Translations under genes and position numbers: made by a program
Notes under the pieces: model-generated
Database searches by the model: none
What the model saw: the letters and a program-made list of their open reading frames with translations, nothing else
What the model was told of the DNA's origin: nothing
Part shown: one piece after another, positions 7,660 through 16,237 of the stretch
How positions within the stretch are numbered: the stretch's first letter is position 1
How the letters are laid out: the number at the start of each line of letters is the position of its first letter
Assembly: GCF_000196555.1 (NCBI RefSeq)
Contig: NC_015067.1
Coordinates: 450,001-482,000, forward strand
Reading direction: 5' to 3'
Length of the DNA stretch: 32,000 nucleotides
DNA from: Bifidobacterium longum subsp. longum JCM 1217
GTDB taxonomy: Bacteria > Actinomycetota > Actinomycetes > Actinomycetales > Bifidobacteriaceae

Positions 7660-7702
7660 ATAATAAGAAGCCCCGGTGTTGGAAACCGGGGTTTCTTATT
7701 AT
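7660..7702. terminator. Bidirectional intrinsic terminator between convergent mntH and the MFS gene
   Basis: An 18-bp stem pairs ATAATAAGAAGCCCCGGT (7660-7677) with ACCGGGGTTTCTTATTAT (7685-7702), with one G-T pair and a 7-nt loop. The stem base is T/A-rich on both strands. Confidence 0.7.
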
Positions 7703-7725
7703 GTTAAGAATGGTTGAATCTGCCG

Positions 7726-9330
7726 TCAGTTCGCAGCCATACGCCGCGCACGCCGTTCGCGCAGCGCACGCAAGGAAATAATGTCTCGCGTACGACCGGC
7801 GCCGTCGCCCTTGACGCCGAAGAACACCATCAACACCATTGCCAGACAGATCATTGCGGAGATGCGCAGCGCCCATTGAATGCCAAAAATCGAAGCGGCG
7901 ACGGCGGAGGCGCCGCCCTGCTTATGCAAAGCGGCAAACGTTTCCATCAGAATCACCAACACGGGTGCGCCCACAGCGCCCGCAATCTGACGCGCGGTAT
8001 TCGTCACCGATGATCCGGCGGACACTTCGCTCGGCCCGTTCAGGCAATTCAGGGACCACGTGGTAATCGGCATCAGCAGGAAACCCATGCCGATCTGACG
8101 GATGAACTGGCAGATCGATACCCACCAGATCCACGTATCCATCGCCACCAGCGACATGCCCAAGGTGCCAAGGGTCAACACAATCGAACCGAACAAAGCC
8201 ACGGGTCGTGCGCCGAATCGATCCATCGCACGGCCGCCGAAGAACTGGGAGACGCACTGGCCGATAGCGCCCGGCAACATGATCAGGCCACTCATCGTGG
8301 CAGAATACCCACGGTCGGTCTGGATGTAGAGCGGCATGATGACCAGAATCGAACTGAAGGCGAAAAATGCCAGCGACGCGGTAATGGTGCCGACGGTGAA
8401 CGAACGGTTCTTCAGCACTTCCAAGTCCAGCAGCGGCGGCTGGGGGAGTGCCGACTTGTCCTCGGCTACGGCCTCACGATAGCGCTTGCCGGCGCGCAGG
8501 TTACGCAGCACGAACCATACGATGCCGATCAGACCCACAACCATAGGTCCCCACGTGACCGGTGCCGCGAATCCATAGGTCTCTGAATTGGTGAAGCCGA
8601 ACATAAGCCCGCCAAAGCCGATCACCGACAGGCATGCCGAGAAGAAGTCCGCGCGGGCCGAAGGGTCGTGTGAACCGAAATTATGCAGTCCGAACATGGC
8701 CGCCAGCAGCGAGATTACGCCAATGATGGTCATGGTCAGGAAGATCGAGCGCCAGCCGTTGGCATCGGTCTGCCAGCCGCCCAAGGTGGGGCCGATGGCT
8801 GGCGCCACGCTCATGGCCATGCCCACCGTGCCCATGGCAAACCCGCGGCGAGACAGCGGGTAAATGGAGAACACGGTGATTTGCAGCACCGGCCACATCA
8901 CGCCCGTGCCGGCAGCTTCGAGCACGCGCCCGACCAGCACCCATACGAAGTTTGGCCCCAACCATGCCAGCACGGAGCCGAGTGTGAACACCGCCATCGA
9001 GCAGATGACGATCTGGCGGGTGGAGAAGCGTCGGGTCAGAAACGCGGTCAGCGGCACCATCACGCCCATGACCAGCTGGAACACGGAGGTGAGCCACTGC
9101 CCGGTGGTTACGGAGATGTGGAATTCGGAAACGATAATCGGCAGCGCGGAACTCAGCTGCAACTGCGTGAAGTTGCCCACGAAGGTGATGAAGGTCAATA
9201 TCGCGATGGAGATGAACGCCGCCCGGCTGAGTTTGCCGTCTACATATGATTCCTCGCGGCTCAGCACCCGCTGCAGTTCGCCGCGATGATTCTTGATTCC
9301 CTGAGCTCCGTTCATTCCACTCACGTGCAT
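7726..9330 (-). CDS. MFS transporter, DHA2 (EmrB/QacA-like, 14-TMS) drug:H+ antiporter family
   Basis: The protein is 534 aa with ~14 hydrophobic segments and MFS motifs (GRAMDRFGARP-like loop). The start could instead be the internal Met at 9315. Confidence 0.8.
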   Translation of the reverse strand: MHVSGMNGAQGIKNHRGELQRVLSREESYVDGKLSRAAFISIAILTFITFVGNFTQLQLSSALPIIVSEFHISVTTGQWLTSVFQLVMGVMVPLTAFLTRRFSTRQIVICSMAVFTLGSVLAWLGPNFVWVLVGRVLEAAGTGVMWPVLQITVFSIYPLSRRGFAMGTVGMAMSVAPAIGPTLGGWQTDANGWRSIFLTMTIIGVISLLAAMFGLHNFGSHDPSARADFFSACLSVIGFGGLMFGFTNSETYGFAAPVTWGPMVVGLIGIVWFVLRNLRAGKRYREAVAEDKSALPQPPLLDLEVLKNRSFTVGTITASLAFFAFSSILVIMPLYIQTDRGYSATMSGLIMLPGAIGQCVSQFFGGRAMDRFGARPVALFGSIVLTLGTLGMSLVAMDTWIWWVSICQFIRQIGMGFLLMPITTWSLNCLNGPSEVSAGSSVTNTARQIAGAVGAPVLVILMETFAALHKQGGASAVAASIFGIQWALRISAMICLAMVLMVFFGVKGDGAGRTRDIISLRALRERRARRMAAN

Positions 9331-9403
9331 ACTCCACTCTCGCTGATCGACCGCAACAACGCATCAGGCGGTCTCTCAAAGCAACCCCAACACGCTACAC
9401 CCA

Positions 9404-9427
9404 GGGGTAGTCCGTGGGGTAGTCCGT
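9404..9427. repeat. Perfect tandem duplication of a 12-mer, GGGGTAGTCCGT x2
   Basis: Read directly from the sequence at 9404-9415 and 9416-9427, in the MFS upstream region. Confidence 0.9.
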
Positions 9428-9580
9428 CGAGATGCAATGCCGAGATGACTGGCCGCCCGGTTGCAGAGCAAATTAGTCCCGTTATTCGAGACGTCAAAAT
9501 GAACGTAGTTACTATCCGATCACGTTCGCTATGTTGGTTTTCCAACACCCCCCCCCCTAGCGGTTAGGGGTGTGGGCGGG

Positions 9581-10967
9581 TTCTAGTGATCGTTGCAACA
9601 CCTGACCTACCGCAAGGAGGGTCAGGTGACCAGAAGCCACCGAAACGAAGACCGTGGCGGGGAACACCGTTGGACGTTCAACGGCGTCGAATATCCGACG
9701 AGGAAGCTGATGTGCGAGGCGAGACGCGCCGAGTACGTGCGCCTGCTGGACGAGGAAGGCATGAACTTCACCCAGGCCGCGCACGCGGTCGGCGTCTCGA
9801 AACGCACCGGCAAGGCGTGGCGCAACGGCAGGACGCGCGCCACGGGAAGGAACGAGAAACCCCTGGTGGACTGGTATCGTTCCACCATGGACAAACCCAA
9901 GACCCTCCATCCGCGCTACCTGAGCCAGGAGGAGCGCATCCAGATCGCGGACCGTCTGCGTCTGGGCGATTCGATCCGCGCCATCGCCCGCCTGCTGGGC
10001 CGCGACCCCGGCACGGTCAGCCGCGAGGTCGAGCGCAACAGGAATCCCGAGTCCGGCGGTTACGAGCCTTACCGCGCCCAGCAGAAGGCCGCGGACCGGC
10101 TCAAACGCCCCAAACCGCGCAAGGCGGCCGAGGGCACGCGACTGTGGGACGAGATCGCCGCCGGGTTGCGCAGGCATTGGAGCCCGGAGCAGATAGCCAA
10201 CCGGCTGAGGCTGGACTTCCCGGATAATGGGGATATGCACGCGAGCGTCGAGACGATCTACCAGGCCATCTACCTGCAGGCCAGGGGCGAACTCAAGCAG
10301 GAGCTGAAACGCGCCATGAGGCAGGGGCGAACCGCCCGCAGACCCCAAGGCGGCCAAGGCCGCAAACCCCGTTTCCGCGAACCCATGGCCATGATCTCGG
10401 AGCGACCCCCGGAGATCGAGGACCGGGCGGTCCCGGGCCACTGGGAGGGCGATCTCATCACCGGCAGCCGCAACAAAAGCGCCATCGGCACGCTCGTCGA
10501 GCGCACCACCAGGTTCACGATCCTGCTGCACCTGCCCGACGGGCACGACGCCGAACACGTCCAGCAGGCCATCATCGACAAGATGCAGCACCTGCCCAAA
10601 CTCCTGCGCAACAGCCTGACCTGGGACCAGGGAGCGGAACTCGCCCTGCACAAACGGATCGGCGCCTCGCTGGACATGGCCGTCTACTTCTGCGACCCGC
10701 ACTCCCCGTGGCAGCGCGGCACCAACGAGAACACCAACGGGCTCCTGCGCCAGTACTTCCCCAAAGGCACCGACCTATCCGTCTACCCGGAGGACTACCT
10801 CGACGCGGTCGCCGAGGAACTCAACGACCGGCCACGCAAAACCCTCGGGTTCATGAAACCAAGCGAGAAGATCATCGAACTGCTCGACGCCGCGTGATAA
10901 CCTCAACAACCGACAACGTGACCATGGAAGGCCGCTCAAACCTCAGGTGTTGCAACCACCACTAGAA
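9581..10967 (+). mobile_element. IS30-family insertion sequence (~1.39 kb)
   Basis: Terminal inverted repeats are TTCTAGTGATCGTTGCAACACCTGACC (from 9581) and the reverse complement of CCTCAGGTGTTGCAACCACCACTAGAA (ending 10967), matching at about 23/27 positions. They enclose a single DDE transposase ORF. Boundaries are good to +/-3 bp. No clear target-site duplication is visible. Confidence 0.85.
9626..10897 (+). CDS. IS30-family DDE transposase
   Basis: The HWEGDLI motif, an N-terminal HTH region and a C-terminal DPHSPWQRGTNENTNGLLRQYFPKG block are typical of IS30 transposases. AAGGAGG at 9614-9620 precedes GTG-9626, and the ORF-track start at 9593 lies inside the IR. Confidence 0.9.
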   Translation: MTRSHRNEDRGGEHRWTFNGVEYPTRKLMCEARRAEYVRLLDEEGMNFTQAAHAVGVSKRTGKAWRNGRTRATGRNEKPLVDWYRSTMDKPKTLHPRYLSQEERIQIADRLRLGDSIRAIARLLGRDPGTVSREVERNRNPESGGYEPYRAQQKAADRLKRPKPRKAAEGTRLWDEIAAGLRRHWSPEQIANRLRLDFPDNGDMHASVETIYQAIYLQARGELKQELKRAMRQGRTARRPQGGQGRKPRFREPMAMISERPPEIEDRAVPGHWEGDLITGSRNKSAIGTLVERTTRFTILLHLPDGHDAEHVQQAIIDKMQHLPKLLRNSLTWDQGAELALHKRIGASLDMAVYFCDPHSPWQRGTNENTNGLLRQYFPKGTDLSVYPEDYLDAVAEELNDRPRKTLGFMKPSEKIIELLDAA

Positions 10968-10992
10968 TCTGCCGTGATGTCTGTACCATGTT

Positions 10993-11013
10993 GAAGGGGT
11001 AACCCCGTATACA
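10993..11013 (+). promoter_or_regulatory. Short hairpin + TATACA motif, copy 1 (copy 2 at 14694-14714)
   Basis: GAAGGGGTAACCCCGTATACA (10993-11013) resembles TAAAGGGGCAACCCCTATACA (14694-14714). Both are a GGGG-N3-CCCC stem followed by TATACA. They lie upstream of the priming transferase and kinase genes respectively. Confidence 0.3.
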
Positions 11014-11084
11014 CCCGTACACAGGGGAATCCAGAGAAGTGAGAGCCGCGAGACCTGCAGTATACGGTCGAAAAGGAAGGACTG

Positions 11085-12680
11085 GTGTCTGAGGTGTCGT
11101 ATCTGAGCAGTAACGGTCAGCCGTCTACGCGCAGCAGACAGGCCAATAGCGGTGACCGAACCACCGCTCAGCTCAGAGATATCCGCCAAAAGCAGCTCAG
11201 CCACGTGCTGTACTGGCGATTCTTCGTCAATCTCGCCCTCATGCTTATCGACGCCGCCATGTACATCATCGCCGGAGCCACGGTGCTCAATCTGCGCCAT
11301 GAGGCAACGCCGCTCTATTCGAGCAGATTCAATTTCACGATTGACTCCACCGTTTACCTTATTATTGTGGCCTGCTTCTGGGTGTGGTCGCTCTATGTTG
11401 CCGGCATTTATCACCGCCATGTTATGGGTGACGGTTACCAGCTCAATGTGCTGCTGGTCAAAGGCATGGTCGTGTGCTGGGTGGTGCAGTGCGCGTTCAA
11501 CTACTTCTTTAATCTGGGTCTGACCCTCACGTCGCTCTGCTTGGTGGTGATTGCCGGATGGTTGCTCACCATGGTGGAACGCATCGCCAGCCGTGCATTC
11601 ATTACGCGTAGTCGTCGCAAGGGCACCTACGCTTATGGCACGGTGATCATCGGTTCCCCGCACGGCATTGGTCGCACGCTACAATTCCTCGGTCAGCGTC
11701 GGCAACTCAACTACCGCCCGGTGGCAGTATGCCCGATTCATCTCAATCCCGATACCGGATTGATTGAACAGAGCACCGACCATGAGACACTCCGTGAGGA
11801 GATGCAAAAGAACGAAGGCTGCCAGCTGCCCGTACTCGAGTACAGCGATCATAATCTTGCTGAACAGATTATTGACATGAACGCGCAGACCGTTATGGTG
11901 GCTGACGAGCTGCGTCGCTATTCGGATAATTACGATATCTTCTCCGTGCGCATGGAATCGTTCGGTCTGGAGATTGCCATGCTGGCTTCCGCCGCTGACA
12001 CTTCTAACCATGAGATTCAGGTTCGATCCATACAGGGCACCACGATTATCACGCAGCGTCTTGCGCAATACACGCCAGCCCGCCGTTTGACCAAACGCTT
12101 GTTTGATTTGGTGATTTCTTCGCTAGCGATCATCTGTTCGTCGATTATCACCATCCCGGTGGCGATCGCCATCAAAGTCACGGACGGCGGACCGGTGTTC
12201 TACAAGCAGACCCGTATGGGCCTGCGCGGCAAGCCGTTCCAGATGTACAAGTTCCGTTCGATGGTAGTGAACGCCGACGCGCTCAAGAAGGAGCTCGCAA
12301 AAGAGACCGGCCAGACCGACCGCTTCATCTTCAAGATGAAGAACGACCCACGCATCACCAAGGTGGGGCACTTCATTCGCCGCTTCTCCATTGACGAGTT
12401 GCCCCAGTTCCTCAACGTGTGGATGGGGGATATGTCCGTAGTGGGGCCGCGCCCGCCGCTGCCTGAGGAATATGCCCGTTACAACCGTCTGTACGCCACC
12501 CGCATGCTGGTCAAGCCCGGCATCACCGGTCCGTGGCAGGTGTCCGGCCGCTCCGATCTGTCCGCCGAGGAAAGCGAGGCCCTTGATGTGGCTTACGTGC
12601 AGAACTGGTCGATTATGGGAGACATTGTGCTGCTGTTCCGCACGGTGGGTGCAGTGCTGAGCCATAAGGGAGCGTACTGA
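11085..12680 (+). CDS. Priming polyprenyl-phosphate sugar phosphotransferase (Bac_transf / WbaP-CpsE-like)
   Basis: The N-terminus has several TM segments. The C-terminal block is conserved: RLFDLVISS...DGGPVFYKQTRMG..GKPFQMYKFRSM...DPRITKVGHFIRRFSIDELPQFLNVWMGDMSVVGPRP. AAGGAAGG precedes GTG-11085. Confidence 0.9.
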   Translation: MSEVSYLSSNGQPSTRSRQANSGDRTTAQLRDIRQKQLSHVLYWRFFVNLALMLIDAAMYIIAGATVLNLRHEATPLYSSRFNFTIDSTVYLIIVACFWVWSLYVAGIYHRHVMGDGYQLNVLLVKGMVVCWVVQCAFNYFFNLGLTLTSLCLVVIAGWLLTMVERIASRAFITRSRRKGTYAYGTVIIGSPHGIGRTLQFLGQRRQLNYRPVAVCPIHLNPDTGLIEQSTDHETLREEMQKNEGCQLPVLEYSDHNLAEQIIDMNAQTVMVADELRRYSDNYDIFSVRMESFGLEIAMLASAADTSNHEIQVRSIQGTTIITQRLAQYTPARRLTKRLFDLVISSLAIICSSIITIPVAIAIKVTDGGPVFYKQTRMGLRGKPFQMYKFRSMVVNADALKKELAKETGQTDRFIFKMKNDPRITKVGHFIRRFSIDELPQFLNVWMGDMSVVGPRPPLPEEYARYNRLYATRMLVKPGITGPWQVSGRSDLSAEESEALDVAYVQNWSIMGDIVLLFRTVGAVLSHKGAY

Positions 12681-12767
12681 TTCCTTCCCGTTTCGCTGTC
12701 ACAGTTTTGCCGCGCCCTTGCCGCACCGCCCTTGAACGTGATTACAGAAAGATAAGTCGATATATCT

Positions 12768-14696
12768 ATGACTGATTCGAACATACCAGAAATACCTCAG
12801 CCGCCGGCACCCTCCGAGCGGTCGGAAAACGCGGATGATCGCCAAGTGATACAGCCGTATGTTGACCCTGAGGTACTTGCTGAAGACGCCCGAGCGGCGG
12901 AACGGCGTAAGCACCGCCGGCGTATGAGCCATGAACATATCAGGCGGATCAAGCGCAAAAAGCGCATTCGGATGGTGCTGATTGTAATCGGCGCACTGCT
13001 GTTGATTATTGCCGCGCTCGCGGCGTGGCTTGGCCTTTCCGCGCTCAAAGCGAAAAATGAAGTGGAAGCAGCGATTCAGGCCGCAAGCCGCATCCAATCA
13101 CAAGTTCAAGCCGGCGACACCGACAAAGCGCAAGCCAGCATTGAAGCATTCTCCCAGCATATCGACGCTACGTATGTGCAGACCAAGCAGCCGGTATGGA
13201 AACTGGCCACATTGGTGCCCTATTACGGTTCTGACGTGAAGGCCGCGCGAGACATGGTGCACATTTTGGAAGACGTGTCGAACAACGCATTGCCGAAGCT
13301 TGCCAAGGCGGCACAGGCCTTGGATTTCAACAGCATCGGTATCAAAGACGGAACGATTCAGCTGGGGGATATGGCCAGCGTGGCTCAGGATCTTGCCGCC
13401 GCCAATGGAGTAGTGGCGGATGCCAGCGTAGACATGGGCAAGATTGGCGATACGCATATTCCGCAGATTACCGAGGCGGTGCAGCAGGGGCGTAGCAGGT
13501 TCAAGGAGCTTGCCAGCCTGACGGATGCGGCCAGTCGGCTGGCGGATGTGCTGCCCAAGATGTTCGACTTGGATAGCAGCGAGGGTAGTAGCAGTGGCCC
13601 GCGAACCTACCTGGTGCTGGCACAGAACAATGCTGAGCTGCGTGCCACGGGAGGTATTCCAACTGCGTGGGCCACGCTCACCGTCGATGCAGGCAAAATC
13701 AGCATGAGCACGTTCGGCGATCCGCCTCGGGATGGTCTGTTCAGCCAGGATGAAGCCGCGAGCGTACTGACGGCGGAAGAACGCAATCTCTTCTCCACCA
13801 AGATGGCCACGGACTACCCGGACATCAATTTCACTCCCGATTTCCCCCGCGTCGCTGATATCGCGAGTCAGATCTGGCATCGAGCCGGTCATGACGATGT
13901 GGATGGCGTCATCAGCGTGGACCCGGTGTTCCTGCAGCGGTTATTGAAGGTTGCCGGCCCCGTGACGCTCTCCGATGGCACGGTGATGAGCGGCGACAAT
14001 GCCGAGCAGCGGATTCTGAACCAGATTTATATTGATACCGATACGCAGGCGGAGCAAACCGACTTCTTCACGATGGCGGCCAGTGAGATCTTCACGCATG
14101 TGCTCAAGAATGTGGACGGCAAGAATCAGCAGCTGGTGCAAACGTTCCAGGAGTCCGTATCCGACGGCCATCTGTATGTATGGAGTGCTCATGAAGATGA
14201 GCAGCGGCGTATCTCGGGTACGACCATCGCCGGCGAATTGCGGTCGAAACCGGCTCATTCGGTTACGGGGGTGTACTTCAACGATGCCACTATGGGCAAG
14301 ATGGACTGGTACCTGAAGCGTGAAGTGACCAGTACATATGACAAAACCTATCCCAGTGGCGCCAAGCAATACACCGTTCACATCAAACTGACGAATACGG
14401 CCGATGCCGCCAAGGTGAATGCCGCTCCGGATCTATTGCGCGGCTATGACCATAACGGCAACCCCCGTACAGGGGAGATCGAAACGGTGCTGTACGTCTA
14501 CGCCCCCAATGAAGGGCGCATTGTGGATTGGACCCAGGATTTCGATCAGTTCGCTGTGCACGATGGACTGACGGTGGGTGTGAAAACCGTGACATTGCGG
14601 CCGGGGGAAAGTTTCGAGACCACGGTGCATGTGCTGGCCAGTCCCGCGGCCAATGAAAATGAAATGATTTTGAGACAGACCCCCTTGGTTGATTAA
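12768..14696 (+). CDS. DUF4012 domain membrane protein (unknown function, EPS-locus associated)
   Basis: The N-terminus is basic, followed by one TM (MVLIVIGALLLIIAALAAWLGL). YLVLAQNNAELRATGGIPTAW matches the remembered DUF4012 hallmark NNAE.R.TGG. The RBS is weak, so the start is uncertain. Confidence 0.75.
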   Translation: MTDSNIPEIPQPPAPSERSENADDRQVIQPYVDPEVLAEDARAAERRKHRRRMSHEHIRRIKRKKRIRMVLIVIGALLLIIAALAAWLGLSALKAKNEVEAAIQAASRIQSQVQAGDTDKAQASIEAFSQHIDATYVQTKQPVWKLATLVPYYGSDVKAARDMVHILEDVSNNALPKLAKAAQALDFNSIGIKDGTIQLGDMASVAQDLAAANGVVADASVDMGKIGDTHIPQITEAVQQGRSRFKELASLTDAASRLADVLPKMFDLDSSEGSSSGPRTYLVLAQNNAELRATGGIPTAWATLTVDAGKISMSTFGDPPRDGLFSQDEAASVLTAEERNLFSTKMATDYPDINFTPDFPRVADIASQIWHRAGHDDVDGVISVDPVFLQRLLKVAGPVTLSDGTVMSGDNAEQRILNQIYIDTDTQAEQTDFFTMAASEIFTHVLKNVDGKNQQLVQTFQESVSDGHLYVWSAHEDEQRRISGTTIAGELRSKPAHSVTGVYFNDATMGKMDWYLKREVTSTYDKTYPSGAKQYTVHIKLTNTADAAKVNAAPDLLRGYDHNGNPRTGEIETVLYVYAPNEGRIVDWTQDFDQFAVHDGLTVGVKTVTLRPGESFETTVHVLASPAANENEMILRQTPLVD

Positions 14697-14727
14697 AGGG
14701 GCAACCCCTATACATTAAGGTGGAACC

Positions 14728-16233
14728 GTGAATAAGGAAGAACGGAGCATAGCTGTGGATGAAGCTGAACAGGTGCAGGATGGTAATGGAGTCACCATTC
14801 TCGATTTATTCAATGCGGTAAGAAAGCATGTGATTACCGCAGTGGTCACGCTGGTTATTGTGATGGTGGCAATCTGCGCGTACACCTTTACCCGCACTCC
14901 GCAATACACCGCGACTTCCGAACTCTTGGCCACTTATCGCAGTTCAGCGGCTGCGTCGGGCGCATCCAGCAATGCAGTCGAGCTGAGCTCTGGCGCCAAT
15001 TACATCAATAGCCAGATTCAAACGTATCCGCAATTGATAAAAACCGAGTCCGTATTGCAGCCGGTTATTGACGATCTGGGTCTTGACACCACGGTAAAGG
15101 AATTGGCTGCGAGCGTTACCGCTTCCAACCCGGACGGCACCATGCTGGTGGATATTTCGGTTAATGATCCAGACCCGAAGCAGGCGTCCAGCATTGCCAA
15201 TTCGGTTGCCGAAAACCTGAGAAAACAGGTTACTTCCACGATTTACAGCGATGAGGGCGATAAGATCATCTCTCCCGTCAACCTGACTGTGGTGCAGCAG
15301 GCGTACGCTCCGGCTTCCCCCAGCTCACCCAACGTCAAGCTGAATATGGCGATAGGCCTTGTGTCCGGCATTGTTCTCGGCGTCATGGTGGCCCTTATCA
15401 AGGATTTGCTGGACACCCGTGTTCGCCGCGATTCGGATGTTACTACTGTTATCGATGCTCCCGTACTGGGGTCGCTGAGCCGCAATGAGGCTTATGTCGG
15501 TACGTCGCCGGTGATTATCTCCCGCCCGGCCTCCCGCGAGGCAGAAGAGATTCGACGTCTGCGCACCAATGTGATGTTCGTGCTGCCCGATGAGCCGTTA
15601 TCCAATGTGATTGTGGTGACTTCCGCCGGCCCGTCTGAAGGCAAGACCACGCTGAGCGTGAACCTGGCGACTGCATTTGCCGAAAACGGCAGCAAGGTAC
15701 TGCTGATCGACGCCGATGTGCGCAACCCCTCGGTGAGCAAGGCCCTAGGCATTGAGGGCGCAGTGGGCTTGACCCATCTGATTACCAACCGTGTATCGTC
15801 GCATGATGCGATTCAACGCTACTGGAAGCCGAACTTCCACGTGCTTCCTGCTGGAAAACAAACCATGAACCCCAGCATTCTGCTGAATTCCCGCGCTATG
15901 AAGGCACTGGTTGAGCAGGTTTCCGGAGCCTATGACTATGTGATTATCGATACCGCCCCCATGCAGGTGGCCAATGATGCCGCCGTATTCGCCAAGGAAG
16001 GGCCGGAACTGCTGCTGGTGGCCGGCTTGGGAGTGACGGAAAAGAAACTGCTCCGGCAGACCGGGCGCGAACTGAGCACACTGAGCATCGATCCCGTGGG
16101 CTTGGCCATGAATTACGGCGAGACGGAGAAGCCCCAGAAGGGTGGCTATTACTACTACGGCGACGAGTCCGATGACAACGGCAGGAAGCGCCAAATCCAG
16201 CACAAAAAGAGCGAGAAAATGAAGAAGGACTGA
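14728..16233 (+). CDS. Fused Wzz-type chain-length determinant / bacterial tyrosine (BY) autokinase
   Basis: Two TM segments flank an extracytoplasmic domain. Walker A is SAGPSEGKTT, Walker A' is LLIDADVRNP and Walker B is VIIDTAP. The C-terminal tyrosine cluster is GGYYYYGDE. AAGGTGG precedes GTG-14728. Confidence 0.9.
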   Translation: MNKEERSIAVDEAEQVQDGNGVTILDLFNAVRKHVITAVVTLVIVMVAICAYTFTRTPQYTATSELLATYRSSAAASGASSNAVELSSGANYINSQIQTYPQLIKTESVLQPVIDDLGLDTTVKELAASVTASNPDGTMLVDISVNDPDPKQASSIANSVAENLRKQVTSTIYSDEGDKIISPVNLTVVQQAYAPASPSSPNVKLNMAIGLVSGIVLGVMVALIKDLLDTRVRRDSDVTTVIDAPVLGSLSRNEAYVGTSPVIISRPASREAEEIRRLRTNVMFVLPDEPLSNVIVVTSAGPSEGKTTLSVNLATAFAENGSKVLLIDADVRNPSVSKALGIEGAVGLTHLITNRVSSHDAIQRYWKPNFHVLPAGKQTMNPSILLNSRAMKALVEQVSGAYDYVIIDTAPMQVANDAAVFAKEGPELLLVAGLGVTEKKLLRQTGRELSTLSIDPVGLAMNYGETEKPQKGGYYYYGDESDDNGRKRQIQHKKSEKMKKD

Positions 16234-16237
16234 GGCC

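Noticed and set aside
9557-10702. 381-aa ORF antisense to the IS30 transposase
   Set aside because: It lies entirely within and opposite the transposase gene, which has the DDE/HWEGDLI hallmarks. Its A/G/R/L-rich composition fits a high-GC shadow frame.
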